Part shown: positions 35,354 through 44,942 of the stretch, piece after piece
How the letters are laid out: each line of letters begins with the position of its first letter
Numbering within the stretch: position 1 is the stretch's first letter
Origin: Rhodanobacteraceae bacterium
Lineage (GTDB): Bacteria > Pseudomonadota > Gammaproteobacteria > Xanthomonadales > Rhodanobacteraceae
Direction of reading: 5' to 3'
Assembly: GCA_039923855.1 (NCBI GenBank)
Contig: JBDTBW010000014.1
Span: forward strand, 15,522 to 79,521
DNA: 64,000 bases
Notes under the pieces: generated by a model
What the model was told of the DNA's origin: nothing
The model's input: only the letters and a program-made list of their open reading frames with translations
Database searches by the model: none
Made by a program: the position numbers and the translations under genes

Positions 35354-38242
35354 CTACGCCGCCGTTTTCTGCCACGCCGCCGCCGGCAGGGCATGCGAGA
35401 ACAAGAATCCCTGACCATATTCGCAGCCGAGTTTGCGCAGCACGTCGCGTTGCATCTCCGTCTCGATACCTTCCGCGATCACCTGCATCGACAAGGTTTC
35501 CGCCAGCGCCAGGATCGCGCGCACTACAGCCACGCTGCCGCCCTCGTCGCCCTCGGCCAGGCTCGCCACGAACGACTGGTCGATCTTCAGCGATTGCAGC
35601 GGGTACTGGTGCAGATAGGAGAGTGACGAATAGCCGGTGCCGAAATCGTCCAGCGCCACCCGGATCCCGTGCGCGCGCAAGGTCTGCAGCGTGCGTTTCA
35701 CATCGGGCGGATTTTCCAGCAGCGCGCGCTCGGTCACCTCGATGCGCAATCGCTGCGCGGGCATGCCGTGACGCGCCAGCAAGCCGAGCAGGCGGCGATC
35801 CAGATCCTCGGTGCGGAAATGGCGCCCGGACAGGTTGATGCTGATGAACGTGTTGTCACTGGTCAATGCCTGCGCGTCATCGAACACCTGATTGAAAATC
35901 TGCCAATCGATTGCTTCCGACGAGCCGCTCTCCTCGGCGACGGTGAGGAATTCGCCCGGTAAAAGCAGGCCGCGCTCGGGATGGCGCCAGCGCATCAGCG
36001 CCTCGTAACCGATCGTGCTGCCATCGTCGAGGCGCACGATCGGCTGGTAATGCGGTTCGAATTCGCCACGGGTCAACGCGCGGCGCAGATCGTTCTCCAC
36101 TTCAAGCAGGGTCACCGCCTGCTGGCGCAGGCCGTCGTCGAACAGCGCATAACGATGGCGCCCGTCCGCCTTGGCGCGATACATCGCAGAATCCGCGTCG
36201 CGCAGCAATTCCTCCGGACGCCGGTATTGCGGCGCGGCGATCGCGATGCCGATCGAGGTCGAGGTGAACAATTCCTTGGCGGCGAGCCGGAACGGCGCGT
36301 TCAATTCGTTGATGATGCGGCCGGCGATATGGCAGGCAGCGTCGGCGTCAGCGATGTTTTCCAGCAATACGCCGAATTCGTCGCCGCCAAAACGCGCGAC
36401 CACATCCTGCGATTTCAGGCAGGCGCGCACCCGGCCGCCGGCCTGGAACAGAAGGTCGTCGCCGATCAGATGCCCGACCGAATCGTTGATGACCTTGAAG
36501 CGGTCGAGATCCAGAAACAGCACCGCGAACAATTTCGACGGATCGGCCTGATAGCGCTCCAGCGCCTGTTCGAGCCGTTGCATCAGCAGCGAACGATTCG
36601 GCAAACCCGTTAGCGAATCGTGCAGGGTTTCGTATTTCAGCCGCGCCTCGACGCGCTCGCGCTCTGCGATCTGCTCGCGCAGATCGCGGTTCGCCAAGGC
36701 AAGTGCGCGGGTGCGCTCGCCAACGCGGCGTTCCATGCCCGTGTAGGCCTGTTTCAGCGATTCCGCGGCGCGTACGCGTTCCAGCGCGTTGGCGATGTGA
36801 TAGGAGACGAAAGTCAGCAACTCCTGATCGCGCAGTGTGTAACGGTGCTCCGGCGAATAACTCTGCACCGCCAGCGCACCGACCGTGCGCTCGGCGCAGA
36901 TCAGCGGCACGCCCAGCCAGCACACCGAACTGTGGCCGTGTTGCACCACCTCGCCGCTGCCGCGCAGTTGCTGGATCTCCGGCGCGTTGGCCAAGAGCGC
37001 GGTGCCGTGGCGCAGCACGTATTCGGTGAGGCCGGTGCCGAGTTTGCGCGGCTGCCGGTCCGAATCGCGCTCGTCGACCGAATAGGGAAAGGTCAATTCG
37101 CCTTGATCGTCCGACAGCAGCGAGATGTAGAAATTGCGCGCGTACAGCAAACCGCCGACCACGCGATGCACCGCCGCATAAAACGCTTCGATGGTTTCCG
37201 AGGTGTTGGCCAGTTCCGCGATCCGGAACAACGCCGCCTGCAGGCGCTCTCCGCGTTGGCGCTCCAGCACCTGCTGTTGCAGAACGCGGTTGGCTTCGCG
37301 CAGCGCTTCGGTGCGTTCGACCACACGCTGTTCCAGTTCCTCGTGCGCGAAGCGCCGTTCCAGCGCGGTCTGGATATGCTGCGCGACATAAATCAGCAGC
37401 GATTTGTCGCGCTCGCTGTAACGCGCGCTTTCGGTATAGCTCTGCACCACCACGCCGCCGACCACCTGGTTGCCGCGCAGCAGCGGCACGCCCAGCCAGT
37501 CCACGCAGTCGGGGCCGGTTCCCTGATACGGGCCGCCTACCTGCGAGGCGATGTAATCCAGCGGGCCCATCAGCGGCTCGCCCTTGCGCAGCAGATACCA
37601 GGTCGGCCCGTACTTGATCTCGTCCATCGGCTGATCGCGCCGCGGATCGGGCGGATCGGGATCGGCGACGTCGGCAAAATAGGCGAAGCGAATGGAATCG
37701 TGCTGCGCATCGAACAGCGCGATGAAGAAATTTTCCGCGTACATCAGCGTGCCGACGATGCCGTGCAGCGCACGCAGGGTTTGGTCGATGTCCTGGTTGG
37801 CGCTGGCCTGATCGGCGATGGCGTACAGCGCGCGTTGCAGGCGCTCGGCCTCTTCCAGCCGCGCCAACGAATCGGTCAGACTCTGATGACGCGCGAAGGC
37901 GGCGAGGCGCACACCGATCATGCGGCTTGCGGCGTCCAGCAGGCGCTTGTCGGTTGCCGGCGGAGACGGCCGCAGTTCAAGCAGCCAGGTGTCGTCCAGG
38001 GGTAGCCGCAGCACGCGCTCGCCCCCGTCCACGCCGGCGGGTTCGGTCGTGTTCGCGTCGAGCAAACGCGCCCGCGCGCCCGGAAACAAGACGCCGATCA
38101 GGGTGTCGGCGGCTTCCCCGATGCTTGCGAAATCCTGCGCGGCCCACAGCTGCTGGCAATGATCCAGCAGCGCGGGTTCCAGCGGGGCATCGCCGGTGGC
38201 GCTGGCGAGTGGATGAACGTGGCCGCCCATTCTATTGTCCAA
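35354..38242 (-). CDS. Multi-GAF sensor diguanylate cyclase/phosphodiesterase (GGDEF-EAL)
   Basis: RFGGDEFGVLL (GGDEF); EAL-domain motifs EVTERALL, DDFGTGYSSLSYL, LKIDQSFV. Two or three GAF-like segments separated by coiled coils lie N-terminal. Confidence 0.9.
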   Translation of the reverse strand: MDNRMGGHVHPLASATGDAPLEPALLDHCQQLWAAQDFASIGEAADTLIGVLFPGARARLLDANTTEPAGVDGGERVLRLPLDDTWLLELRPSPPATDKRLLDAASRMIGVRLAAFARHQSLTDSLARLEEAERLQRALYAIADQASANQDIDQTLRALHGIVGTLMYAENFFIALFDAQHDSIRFAYFADVADPDPPDPRRDQPMDEIKYGPTWYLLRKGEPLMGPLDYIASQVGGPYQGTGPDCVDWLGVPLLRGNQVVGGVVVQSYTESARYSERDKSLLIYVAQHIQTALERRFAHEELEQRVVERTEALREANRVLQQQVLERQRGERLQAALFRIAELANTSETIEAFYAAVHRVVGGLLYARNFYISLLSDDQGELTFPYSVDERDSDRQPRKLGTGLTEYVLRHGTALLANAPEIQQLRGSGEVVQHGHSSVCWLGVPLICAERTVGALAVQSYSPEHRYTLRDQELLTFVSYHIANALERVRAAESLKQAYTGMERRVGERTRALALANRDLREQIAERERVEARLKYETLHDSLTGLPNRSLLMQRLEQALERYQADPSKLFAVLFLDLDRFKVINDSVGHLIGDDLLFQAGGRVRACLKSQDVVARFGGDEFGVLLENIADADAACHIAGRIINELNAPFRLAAKELFTSTSIGIAIAAPQYRRPEELLRDADSAMYRAKADGRHRYALFDDGLRQQAVTLLEVENDLRRALTRGEFEPHYQPIVRLDDGSTIGYEALMRWRHPERGLLLPGEFLTVAEESGSSEAIDWQIFNQVFDDAQALTSDNTFISINLSGRHFRTEDLDRRLLGLLARHGMPAQRLRIEVTERALLENPPDVKRTLQTLRAHGIRVALDDFGTGYSSLSYLHQYPLQSLKIDQSFVASLAEGDEGGSVAVVRAILALAETLSMQVIAEGIETEMQRDVLRKLGCEYGQGFLFSHALPAAAWQKTAA

Positions 38243-38425
38243 TCCCCTGTCAGTGGTCAGTGTAGCGCCAATAAATCTGCACGAAACATGCCGGTAAGGG
38301 ACATATAGAGCGGTTGGGGGCAGCGTTAACGATTGTTAGCAAAACGTAAGAATTTCGCTGTATACTTGCCCCAAAGAAGCGGACACCCCGACGGGTGACC
38401 GACAGCTTGTACCATCCCATCAGAC

Positions 38426-39424
38426 ATGCGCATCCTCACAGCCAGCCTACTGACCGCCAGCTTGGCGCTGCTTTCGCCGTTGACCGCTCTTGGTCAGACG
38501 ACGCGGCATCCGGCGCGGGCGCCCGCCCAAGTAGCGCCAGTAGTGGCGCCTTCGAGCTTTGCGGGCAGCGAAGCCGATAGCGCATTGCCGGTGTGGCAAT
38601 CGCCGGACGGCCGCACCCTGACCCTGATCGCGGGCGGCGAGAGTTCGGGTTCCGCGCCCGCCTCGGGATTGCGGCTGATCGACGCGAAATCCGCCGCGGC
38701 AACGACCGGGCTGCAATTCAATCTGTCGCCGCACGTCTACGCGCGTGCCGGCGTTGGACAGCGCAGTTGGACGGCCGGCAATCCGGGCTGCCAACCCGCA
38801 CAACCGAGCGTCAAGAATGCGGTGTGTCTGGATAGCGCGCCGCTGGCGAACATGCAAAACGGCGAAGTCGGTGCGGGCTACGCCAATGATGCGCTGAAGC
38901 TCGACCTTTCGGTCGGACAGGCGCAGGTCAATGCCGAGACCACCGCGCCCGCGCTGCCGCGCGTGCTGCCGCCCGGCGCCGGCGCCGCCGCCGCCGCGCC
39001 GCTGTGGTTCCCGAACAGCACCACCAATAGCGTCAACGCGCGTGGCCAGTTGCGCGTGCTGCCCGGCACGCAACTCGATCTTGGCGCCAGCCGCGGCCGG
39101 GTGCATTTCCTGCCGGGCGCCGGCCTCATTGGCGATAACGATCTCGATCAGACCACCGTCAGCGTCGGTCTCGAACACGGGCCGATCAGCGGCGCGATCG
39201 TCGGCCACACGCTGGAGCCCGTGCTGCCCGGTGCGTCGCTCAATTCCAGCCAGCGTTGGAGCGGGGTGGATCTCGGTGTCAGCGTGCGCCTCCCGTGGCA
39301 AGGCGAGCTGAGCTTCGGCGCGCAGAACGTGTGGTCTTCCGGCAGGCAGCCGCTGATCAATCCGCAGGACCTGAGTCCCGACCAGTCGCGCGTGCCTTAC
39401 GTGCAGTATCACCAGGATCTTTGA
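38426..39424 (+). CDS. Hypothetical secreted protein, possibly an outer-membrane beta-barrel
   Basis: Signal peptide MRILTASLLTASLALLSPLTALG and alternating-polarity strands near the C-terminus. I recognise no family. Confidence 0.5.
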   Translation: MRILTASLLTASLALLSPLTALGQTTRHPARAPAQVAPVVAPSSFAGSEADSALPVWQSPDGRTLTLIAGGESSGSAPASGLRLIDAKSAAATTGLQFNLSPHVYARAGVGQRSWTAGNPGCQPAQPSVKNAVCLDSAPLANMQNGEVGAGYANDALKLDLSVGQAQVNAETTAPALPRVLPPGAGAAAAAPLWFPNSTTNSVNARGQLRVLPGTQLDLGASRGRVHFLPGAGLIGDNDLDQTTVSVGLEHGPISGAIVGHTLEPVLPGASLNSSQRWSGVDLGVSVRLPWQGELSFGAQNVWSSGRQPLINPQDLSPDQSRVPYVQYHQDL

Positions 39425-39953
39425 TCACTACAGGCTTGCTGGCGTCCACATTCAACCAGGGTGCCACAAATCACAGTGGCTGAAACCATGGCAGGTCGAT
39501 GCTTGCGACGAGCATGCAATGCTGCCGACCCGACAAAATTGTCTCGCGTCGCATTCGATCAGATTCCTCGCCGGTTATCCGTTAATTTGATCAGTCAAGC
39601 TCCATTCATTTATTCGCGCGACATACGATTTCGTCGCTTGCAATTAACACCGGTTTCACGTATTTAGGAGTCTGTCCGCTGCGGGGCGGCGATGTCCTGA
39701 ACGCACTTGGGTCCCCGCAAACACACAAGAAAACAAAGGACGGTACAGCTCAATTCTCGATATCCGGTGGGCAGTGGCGTATCGCGCCACGGGCTTGTGG
39801 CATACGCAGGCGTATGTTACAGGGGTATTCCCAAAGGGTTAGGAAGTTGTTAGCATCCGTCCCTGCCGAGGGTTATAGGTGGGCCTCGCTGGCTATTCCA
39901 GGGCGGAGCACTTGTCCCGAAACTGTGTCACACATCAGACGTTGGAGAGTGTA

Positions 39954-42953
39954 ATGAGACTTGACCGCAACGAACTTTCCAAGGCCGTGCGTATGGCTCT
40001 TTCGCTGGGTGCCGTTGCCGCCGTGGGTGCGGTGGGGACTGCCTATGCGCAAGACCAGAACACCAGCCAAGGGACCAACAACAGCCAGCCCCAGACCCTG
40101 CAGACCATCGTGGTCACCGGTTCGCACATCCGCCGCGTGGATCTGGAGACTGCAAACCCCGTCGTCGTCGTCGATGCCGCCAAGATCAAGCAAAGCGGTG
40201 CGGTGACGGTGGGTGATCTCATCAACCAACTGCCAGCCATCACGGGTTCGCCGCAAAACACCCGTGTCAACAACGGCGGCGGTACCGGGGGCACCTTCGC
40301 CAACCTGCGCGGCCTGGGTTCGGGCCGCACACTGGTACTGGTCGACGGCCATCGCGTCGTCAACAACGATCTCAACACGATCCCGACCGAAATGATCGAG
40401 CGCGTTGAGGTACTGACCGACGGCGGCGCCGTAACCTATGGTTCCGAAGCGATCGGCGGCGTCATCAACTTCATCCTGAAGAAGAATTATCAGGGCGCCG
40501 AAGCCACCATCAACTACGGCATTTCCGACCACGATGACGCCGAGCGCAAGGCCGCCAGCTTCATCTTCGGTCAGACCACCGACAAGGGCAGCATCCTTGC
40601 CGGTGTGGACTACAACAAGTTCGCCCCGGTCGGTGCGGGCAACCGCAAGTTTTCCAAGGACGCGCTGTATCTATACTACGGCAACGTCTATGCGTTCGGC
40701 TCCAGCCGTACGTTGCAGCCGCACCCTTACATCACGACCAAGGTAGTCACCCCCGACAAGATGTCGCATACGATCATCGCGCCCGGTGGCGCCGGTTTCG
40801 GTTGCGGCAGCGTGATTGGCACCATGGGCGATGGCAGTTCGACCGCCGACTATCGGTGCTATACCGGCTCGGACGCCTACAACTATCAGACCCTCAACTT
40901 CGATCTGACCCCGCAGGAGCGCACCAATGCGTTCTTCAAGGCCGATTACCAGTTGACCGACAACGTGCAGGCGTACATGGACGTGTTCCACAACAAGACC
41001 ACGTCTGCGTTCGCGATCGCGCCGATCCCGTTCGACACCAACAGCGACTTGGTCACCATTTCCAAGAACAGCCTGTACAACCCGTTCGGGGTGGATTTCG
41101 GGCCGCCGACCGCCAACAACGCGACCTCGTTCCTGGGCCCTGACGGCAAGCCGCTGCTGGCCCAGTTCAACTACCGCACCCGCTTCACCAGCCTCGGTCA
41201 GCGCCTAGGCGAGTACACGTCGGTTACCGATCAGGGCCTCTTGGGCCTGAAGGGCAACATCGGCCAGAGCAGTTGGCAGTGGGATGCCAGCTACAACTAC
41301 GGCCATTTCAGCATAGAGAAAAGGACCGTGGGTGATCCGGTGTACAACGCGGCCTTCCGCAATGCGATCGGGCCCTCCATGATCGACCCGGTCAGCGGTG
41401 CACCGATCTGCGTTGGCACCGCTGGCGATCCGGCCTCGGTGATCACGGGTTGTACGCCGATCAATATTTTCAACCAGGCGAACCCGGCCACCGCGGCACA
41501 GTTGAGACCCTTTCTGGCGACGTTCTTCGCCAATTCGTTCACCACCTTCCGCGCCTACAACCTCAGCGTCAACGGCAACCTGTTCGATCTGCCGGCGGGT
41601 TCGGTTCAGTTGGCCGCGGGCGTGGACTACCGCAAGGTGTACTCGCACGCGCAGAACGACTTTCCGACCACCATCGACCAGGATCCGAACAGCCCGGGCT
41701 TCGGTGGCTGTCAGGCGCCGCAGTCGGCTTGTACGGCTGCATTGCAGGGCGGCTTCAACGTGAAAGAGGTCTACGCCGAGTTGTTCGTGCCGATCCTGAA
41801 GGACATCCCGTTCGCGCGTTCCTTGAACGTGACCCTGGGCGATCGCTACTCCAAGTACTCGCTGGCGGGCAGCACCAACAACTACAAGGTGGCGGTGGAA
41901 TGGAAGCCGATCGATGACTTGTTGCTGCGCGGCACGGTGCAGAAGATCTTCCGCGCCCCAACCATCGGCCAGTTGTTCGCCACCCCGACCGGCAACGCGC
42001 CGGCCTTCAACGATCCCTGCATCGGCTTGTCCGCGGCCGTCTTGGCGGCACACTCCAACGCCTGCCAGAACGTCGCGCCCAACTCCACGTTCCAGGATCT
42101 GCAGGGCGGCTTGTCGCAGACCACCGGCGTGGTTTCCGGCTCGGTGTTCGCCAACTATCCGCTGAAGCCCGAGTTCGGCAAGTCGTTCGACTTTGGCTTC
42201 GTGTATGACCCGCATTACATTCCGGGCCTCTCGGTCAACGTGGACTTGTGGCGTATCTATCTGAACGACACGATCACGGTCCTCGGCGCCAACACGGTCG
42301 GGAATGTTTGCTTCGCCAACAACAGCAGCCCGTTGTGCAACTTCATCCATCGTTTCCCGAATGGTCAGGTGCACTTCATCAATCAGCCGACGGTCAATCT
42401 GGGGCGCCTGGATACCCACGGTGTCGATCTGGGCTTGGCTTACCGGGTTCCGCAGGTTAGGTTCCTGCCCGGTCAGTTCACCCTGACCGCGAACGGCACC
42501 TACGTGGCCCAGTACACCAATGACACCACGCCGGGCCAGACCGGCAGCCAGGTCGTGCATGCCGCAGGTCACTTCTACAAGGATTACGGCTCGCACCCGC
42601 GGGTACAGGGTACGGTCGGTCTGGCGTGGAAGGATGGCCCATGGGATGCTTCCTGGCGTACCCAGTACATCAGCCACGAGGAGGTCGGCAGCTTCAATCC
42701 GGCCGAAAACGAGAACGGTGAGAGCGGCGGGCAACTGTTTGCTTTCCGTGTGCCGAGTATCATCTACAACTACGCGCAGGTGGGCTATACCATCGAACCG
42801 ATCAACACGCACATCGCCTTCGGCGTGGACAACGTGTTCGACAAGCAGCCGCCGATCTTCACCCAGAGCAACGTAACCAACGCCAATACCGACGTGAGCA
42901 CCTACGACACGATCGGCCGCTTCTACTACATGCAGGCTTCGATCAAGTTCTGA
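39954..42953 (+). CDS. TonB-dependent outer-membrane receptor
   Basis: Signal peptide, TonB box/plug (TLQTIVVTGSHIRR...VLVDGHRV...IERVEVLTDGGAVTYGSEAIGGVINFILK), about 1000 aa, C-terminal ...YYMQASIKF. GGAGAG SD before the ATG at 39954. Confidence 0.95.
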   Translation: MRLDRNELSKAVRMALSLGAVAAVGAVGTAYAQDQNTSQGTNNSQPQTLQTIVVTGSHIRRVDLETANPVVVVDAAKIKQSGAVTVGDLINQLPAITGSPQNTRVNNGGGTGGTFANLRGLGSGRTLVLVDGHRVVNNDLNTIPTEMIERVEVLTDGGAVTYGSEAIGGVINFILKKNYQGAEATINYGISDHDDAERKAASFIFGQTTDKGSILAGVDYNKFAPVGAGNRKFSKDALYLYYGNVYAFGSSRTLQPHPYITTKVVTPDKMSHTIIAPGGAGFGCGSVIGTMGDGSSTADYRCYTGSDAYNYQTLNFDLTPQERTNAFFKADYQLTDNVQAYMDVFHNKTTSAFAIAPIPFDTNSDLVTISKNSLYNPFGVDFGPPTANNATSFLGPDGKPLLAQFNYRTRFTSLGQRLGEYTSVTDQGLLGLKGNIGQSSWQWDASYNYGHFSIEKRTVGDPVYNAAFRNAIGPSMIDPVSGAPICVGTAGDPASVITGCTPINIFNQANPATAAQLRPFLATFFANSFTTFRAYNLSVNGNLFDLPAGSVQLAAGVDYRKVYSHAQNDFPTTIDQDPNSPGFGGCQAPQSACTAALQGGFNVKEVYAELFVPILKDIPFARSLNVTLGDRYSKYSLAGSTNNYKVAVEWKPIDDLLLRGTVQKIFRAPTIGQLFATPTGNAPAFNDPCIGLSAAVLAAHSNACQNVAPNSTFQDLQGGLSQTTGVVSGSVFANYPLKPEFGKSFDFGFVYDPHYIPGLSVNVDLWRIYLNDTITVLGANTVGNVCFANNSSPLCNFIHRFPNGQVHFINQPTVNLGRLDTHGVDLGLAYRVPQVRFLPGQFTLTANGTYVAQYTNDTTPGQTGSQVVHAAGHFYKDYGSHPRVQGTVGLAWKDGPWDASWRTQYISHEEVGSFNPAENENGESGGQLFAFRVPSIIYNYAQVGYTIEPINTHIAFGVDNVFDKQPPIFTQSNVTNANTDVSTYDTIGRFYYMQASIKF

Positions 42954-42980
42954 TCGAGCCCGCGCAAGCGGAAACTCTCC

Positions 42981-43013
42981 AAGCCGCGCGGTGCAAGCCG
43001 CGCGGCTTTTTTC
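42981..43013 (+). terminator. Rho-independent terminator of the receptor gene
   Basis: AAGCCGCGCGG-TGCAAG-CCGCGCGGCTT, a perfect 11-bp stem followed by a T-run. Confidence 0.85.
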
Positions 43014-43059
43014 TTGTCACTCATGTTGGATGGGTGAGCAGGGCGCCAGCGTTGCAGAA

Positions 43060-44880
43060 TCAGGCAGGCACCACATCGAAAGCGATGGTCAGGCGGAAAT
43101 CCTGCTCGTCGCCGGAGAAAGGCACGGTGCCGTGCCACATCCACGATGGGAACAGCACCAGCAGCCCCGGTTCCGGGCGCACGAAATATTCGGGGGCCAA
43201 TGGCGGCCTGGTCGGGAAAGCCGGTTCGCCGAACTGCAGCCAACCTTCGCGTCCCTTGCTGGTTACTGCGGGCGGAATGCTGATGTAACAGGCCGAAGAC
43301 AGCCAGCCGTCGGGATGAAAATGGTTGAAATGATAGCCACCAGGGCGCAGATTGACCGACCACATGCCTTCGATACGATAACGGCCAGTGTTGCGGCGCC
43401 TCAACACGTCCGTGCCGTGTCCGATCGCCTGCATGTAGCGCCCAATCGGGCCGTCGATGGCCTGCGTAAAGGCGCGGATCGCTGGCGTGGTTGATTGGTC
43501 TGGCACCAGATCCGTTTGCGCGCCGTGGCGTAACGACTGACCGACCGGATGCGTGTACAGGATGCGCCGCTGCAAAAGTTCCTTGGCGAGATCATCGAGG
43601 TATGCGGCAAGGTCCGGCCATCCTTCAGGCGTGTCGATCAAACCGGGTCGCACGAATTGGCCGTAATCCGCCAGCTCTTGATAGTGCGGGTCTTCAAGCA
43701 TGCGCCATGCGGTGGCACGCATGGCGATGCCGAGGCCGTCGTCGGGATCGATCGCCAGCAAGCGCGAGGCGAACGTTTGCGCCTGTTTGGGGCGGCCCGA
43801 AGCCAGCAAAGCGTTGCCATAGAGGGTGATTGTCAACGGATTGTCGGCGACCAGAGCGCGTGCGCGTTCGGCATGCGCCAATGCCCGCTCGGCATCGCAT
43901 TTCAATGCGATTTGCGAGACGGCAATGTGCAGATCGACATTGTGCTCATCACGGGCCAAGCCCGCGTCGAGTTCCGCCAGCGCGCCCTCGGGATCGTCCG
44001 CCGCTTCCAGCAGCCGGGCCTTCACGGCGTGCAACGCGACTGCGTCCGGCGCGCGACTGAGGGCTGCATCCAGTTCACGCGCCGCAGCGTCCACATCGCC
44101 GGTACGCATCCAGATCAGCTCCATCAGATTCGTTTGTGCAGCCACGTAACCGGGAGCCAGCGCGACTGCACCGCGAAACGTGTCTTCCGCTTCGTCCAAA
44201 CGCCCCAGCGCCAGCAGTGAACGGGCCAATACAAAATGCGTTTCGGGATCGCTTGCGCCTTTGGCGATGGCTCGTCGCGCCGCCGATTCCGCTGCGGCTG
44301 GCTGCGCGCATCCGGCCAGCGCGACGGCCAGTCCGAATTCCGCGGCGCCCAGAGTCGGCGCTGCATCGAGCGTATGTTGGAAAGCCACAGCCGCGTCCGC
44401 ATGGTTGCCAAGTGCCAGCAGCGCTTGTGCACGCAGCAGAAGCAAGGGCGGCGCAAGTTGGATGCGCGTGCCGAGATCGTCGATCAAGATCATGGCGTCT
44501 TGCGCGCGCTGCTGCGCGAGCATCACCTTGGCGAGGCTCGCAATCGCCGGCACGAAAGCAGAATCGTGCCGCAACGCCTGTCGCAACGCGGCGTCTGCTT
44601 CCTGCATACGACCTTGCGAAGCCAATGCATCACCCAACAAACCATGCAAGGCGGGTACGCCGGACGCGTTGCCGATCGCAGTGCGCGCCTCACGTTCGGC
44701 GCCGGCAAAATCGCCTGTGTTCAACAATGCGCCGCCGAGCAGCCAGCGGGCCTGCACCATGCCCGGATTGACGTGCAACAGTTGCCGCAGCACGTCGCGT
44801 GCCGGCACGAACAAACCGGCCTGCATCATTTGCGTGGCGGTTTGCAACTGTTGGTGGGAAGACGGCGAAATGGTCGTCAC
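43060..44880 (-). CDS. TPR-repeat protein with a C-terminal putative 2OG-Fe(II) oxygenase domain (2OG-FeII_Oxy_5-like)
   Basis: About 400 aa of Ala/Leu-rich TPR-like repeats, then NHFHPDGWLSSACYI...LVLFPSWMWHGTVPF (HxH/D...H cupin-type motif). Confidence 0.7.
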   Translation of the reverse strand: MTTISPSSHQQLQTATQMMQAGLFVPARDVLRQLLHVNPGMVQARWLLGGALLNTGDFAGAEREARTAIGNASGVPALHGLLGDALASQGRMQEADAALRQALRHDSAFVPAIASLAKVMLAQQRAQDAMILIDDLGTRIQLAPPLLLLRAQALLALGNHADAAVAFQHTLDAAPTLGAAEFGLAVALAGCAQPAAAESAARRAIAKGASDPETHFVLARSLLALGRLDEAEDTFRGAVALAPGYVAAQTNLMELIWMRTGDVDAAARELDAALSRAPDAVALHAVKARLLEAADDPEGALAELDAGLARDEHNVDLHIAVSQIALKCDAERALAHAERARALVADNPLTITLYGNALLASGRPKQAQTFASRLLAIDPDDGLGIAMRATAWRMLEDPHYQELADYGQFVRPGLIDTPEGWPDLAAYLDDLAKELLQRRILYTHPVGQSLRHGAQTDLVPDQSTTPAIRAFTQAIDGPIGRYMQAIGHGTDVLRRRNTGRYRIEGMWSVNLRPGGYHFNHFHPDGWLSSACYISIPPAVTSKGREGWLQFGEPAFPTRPPLAPEYFVRPEPGLLVLFPSWMWHGTVPFSGDEQDFRLTIAFDVVPA

Positions 44881-44942
44881 GACGGGATGAAGGGAAATGC
44901 GATAACCATTGCGGTGGCGGTATAGTCTAGCGCCTCAATCCA

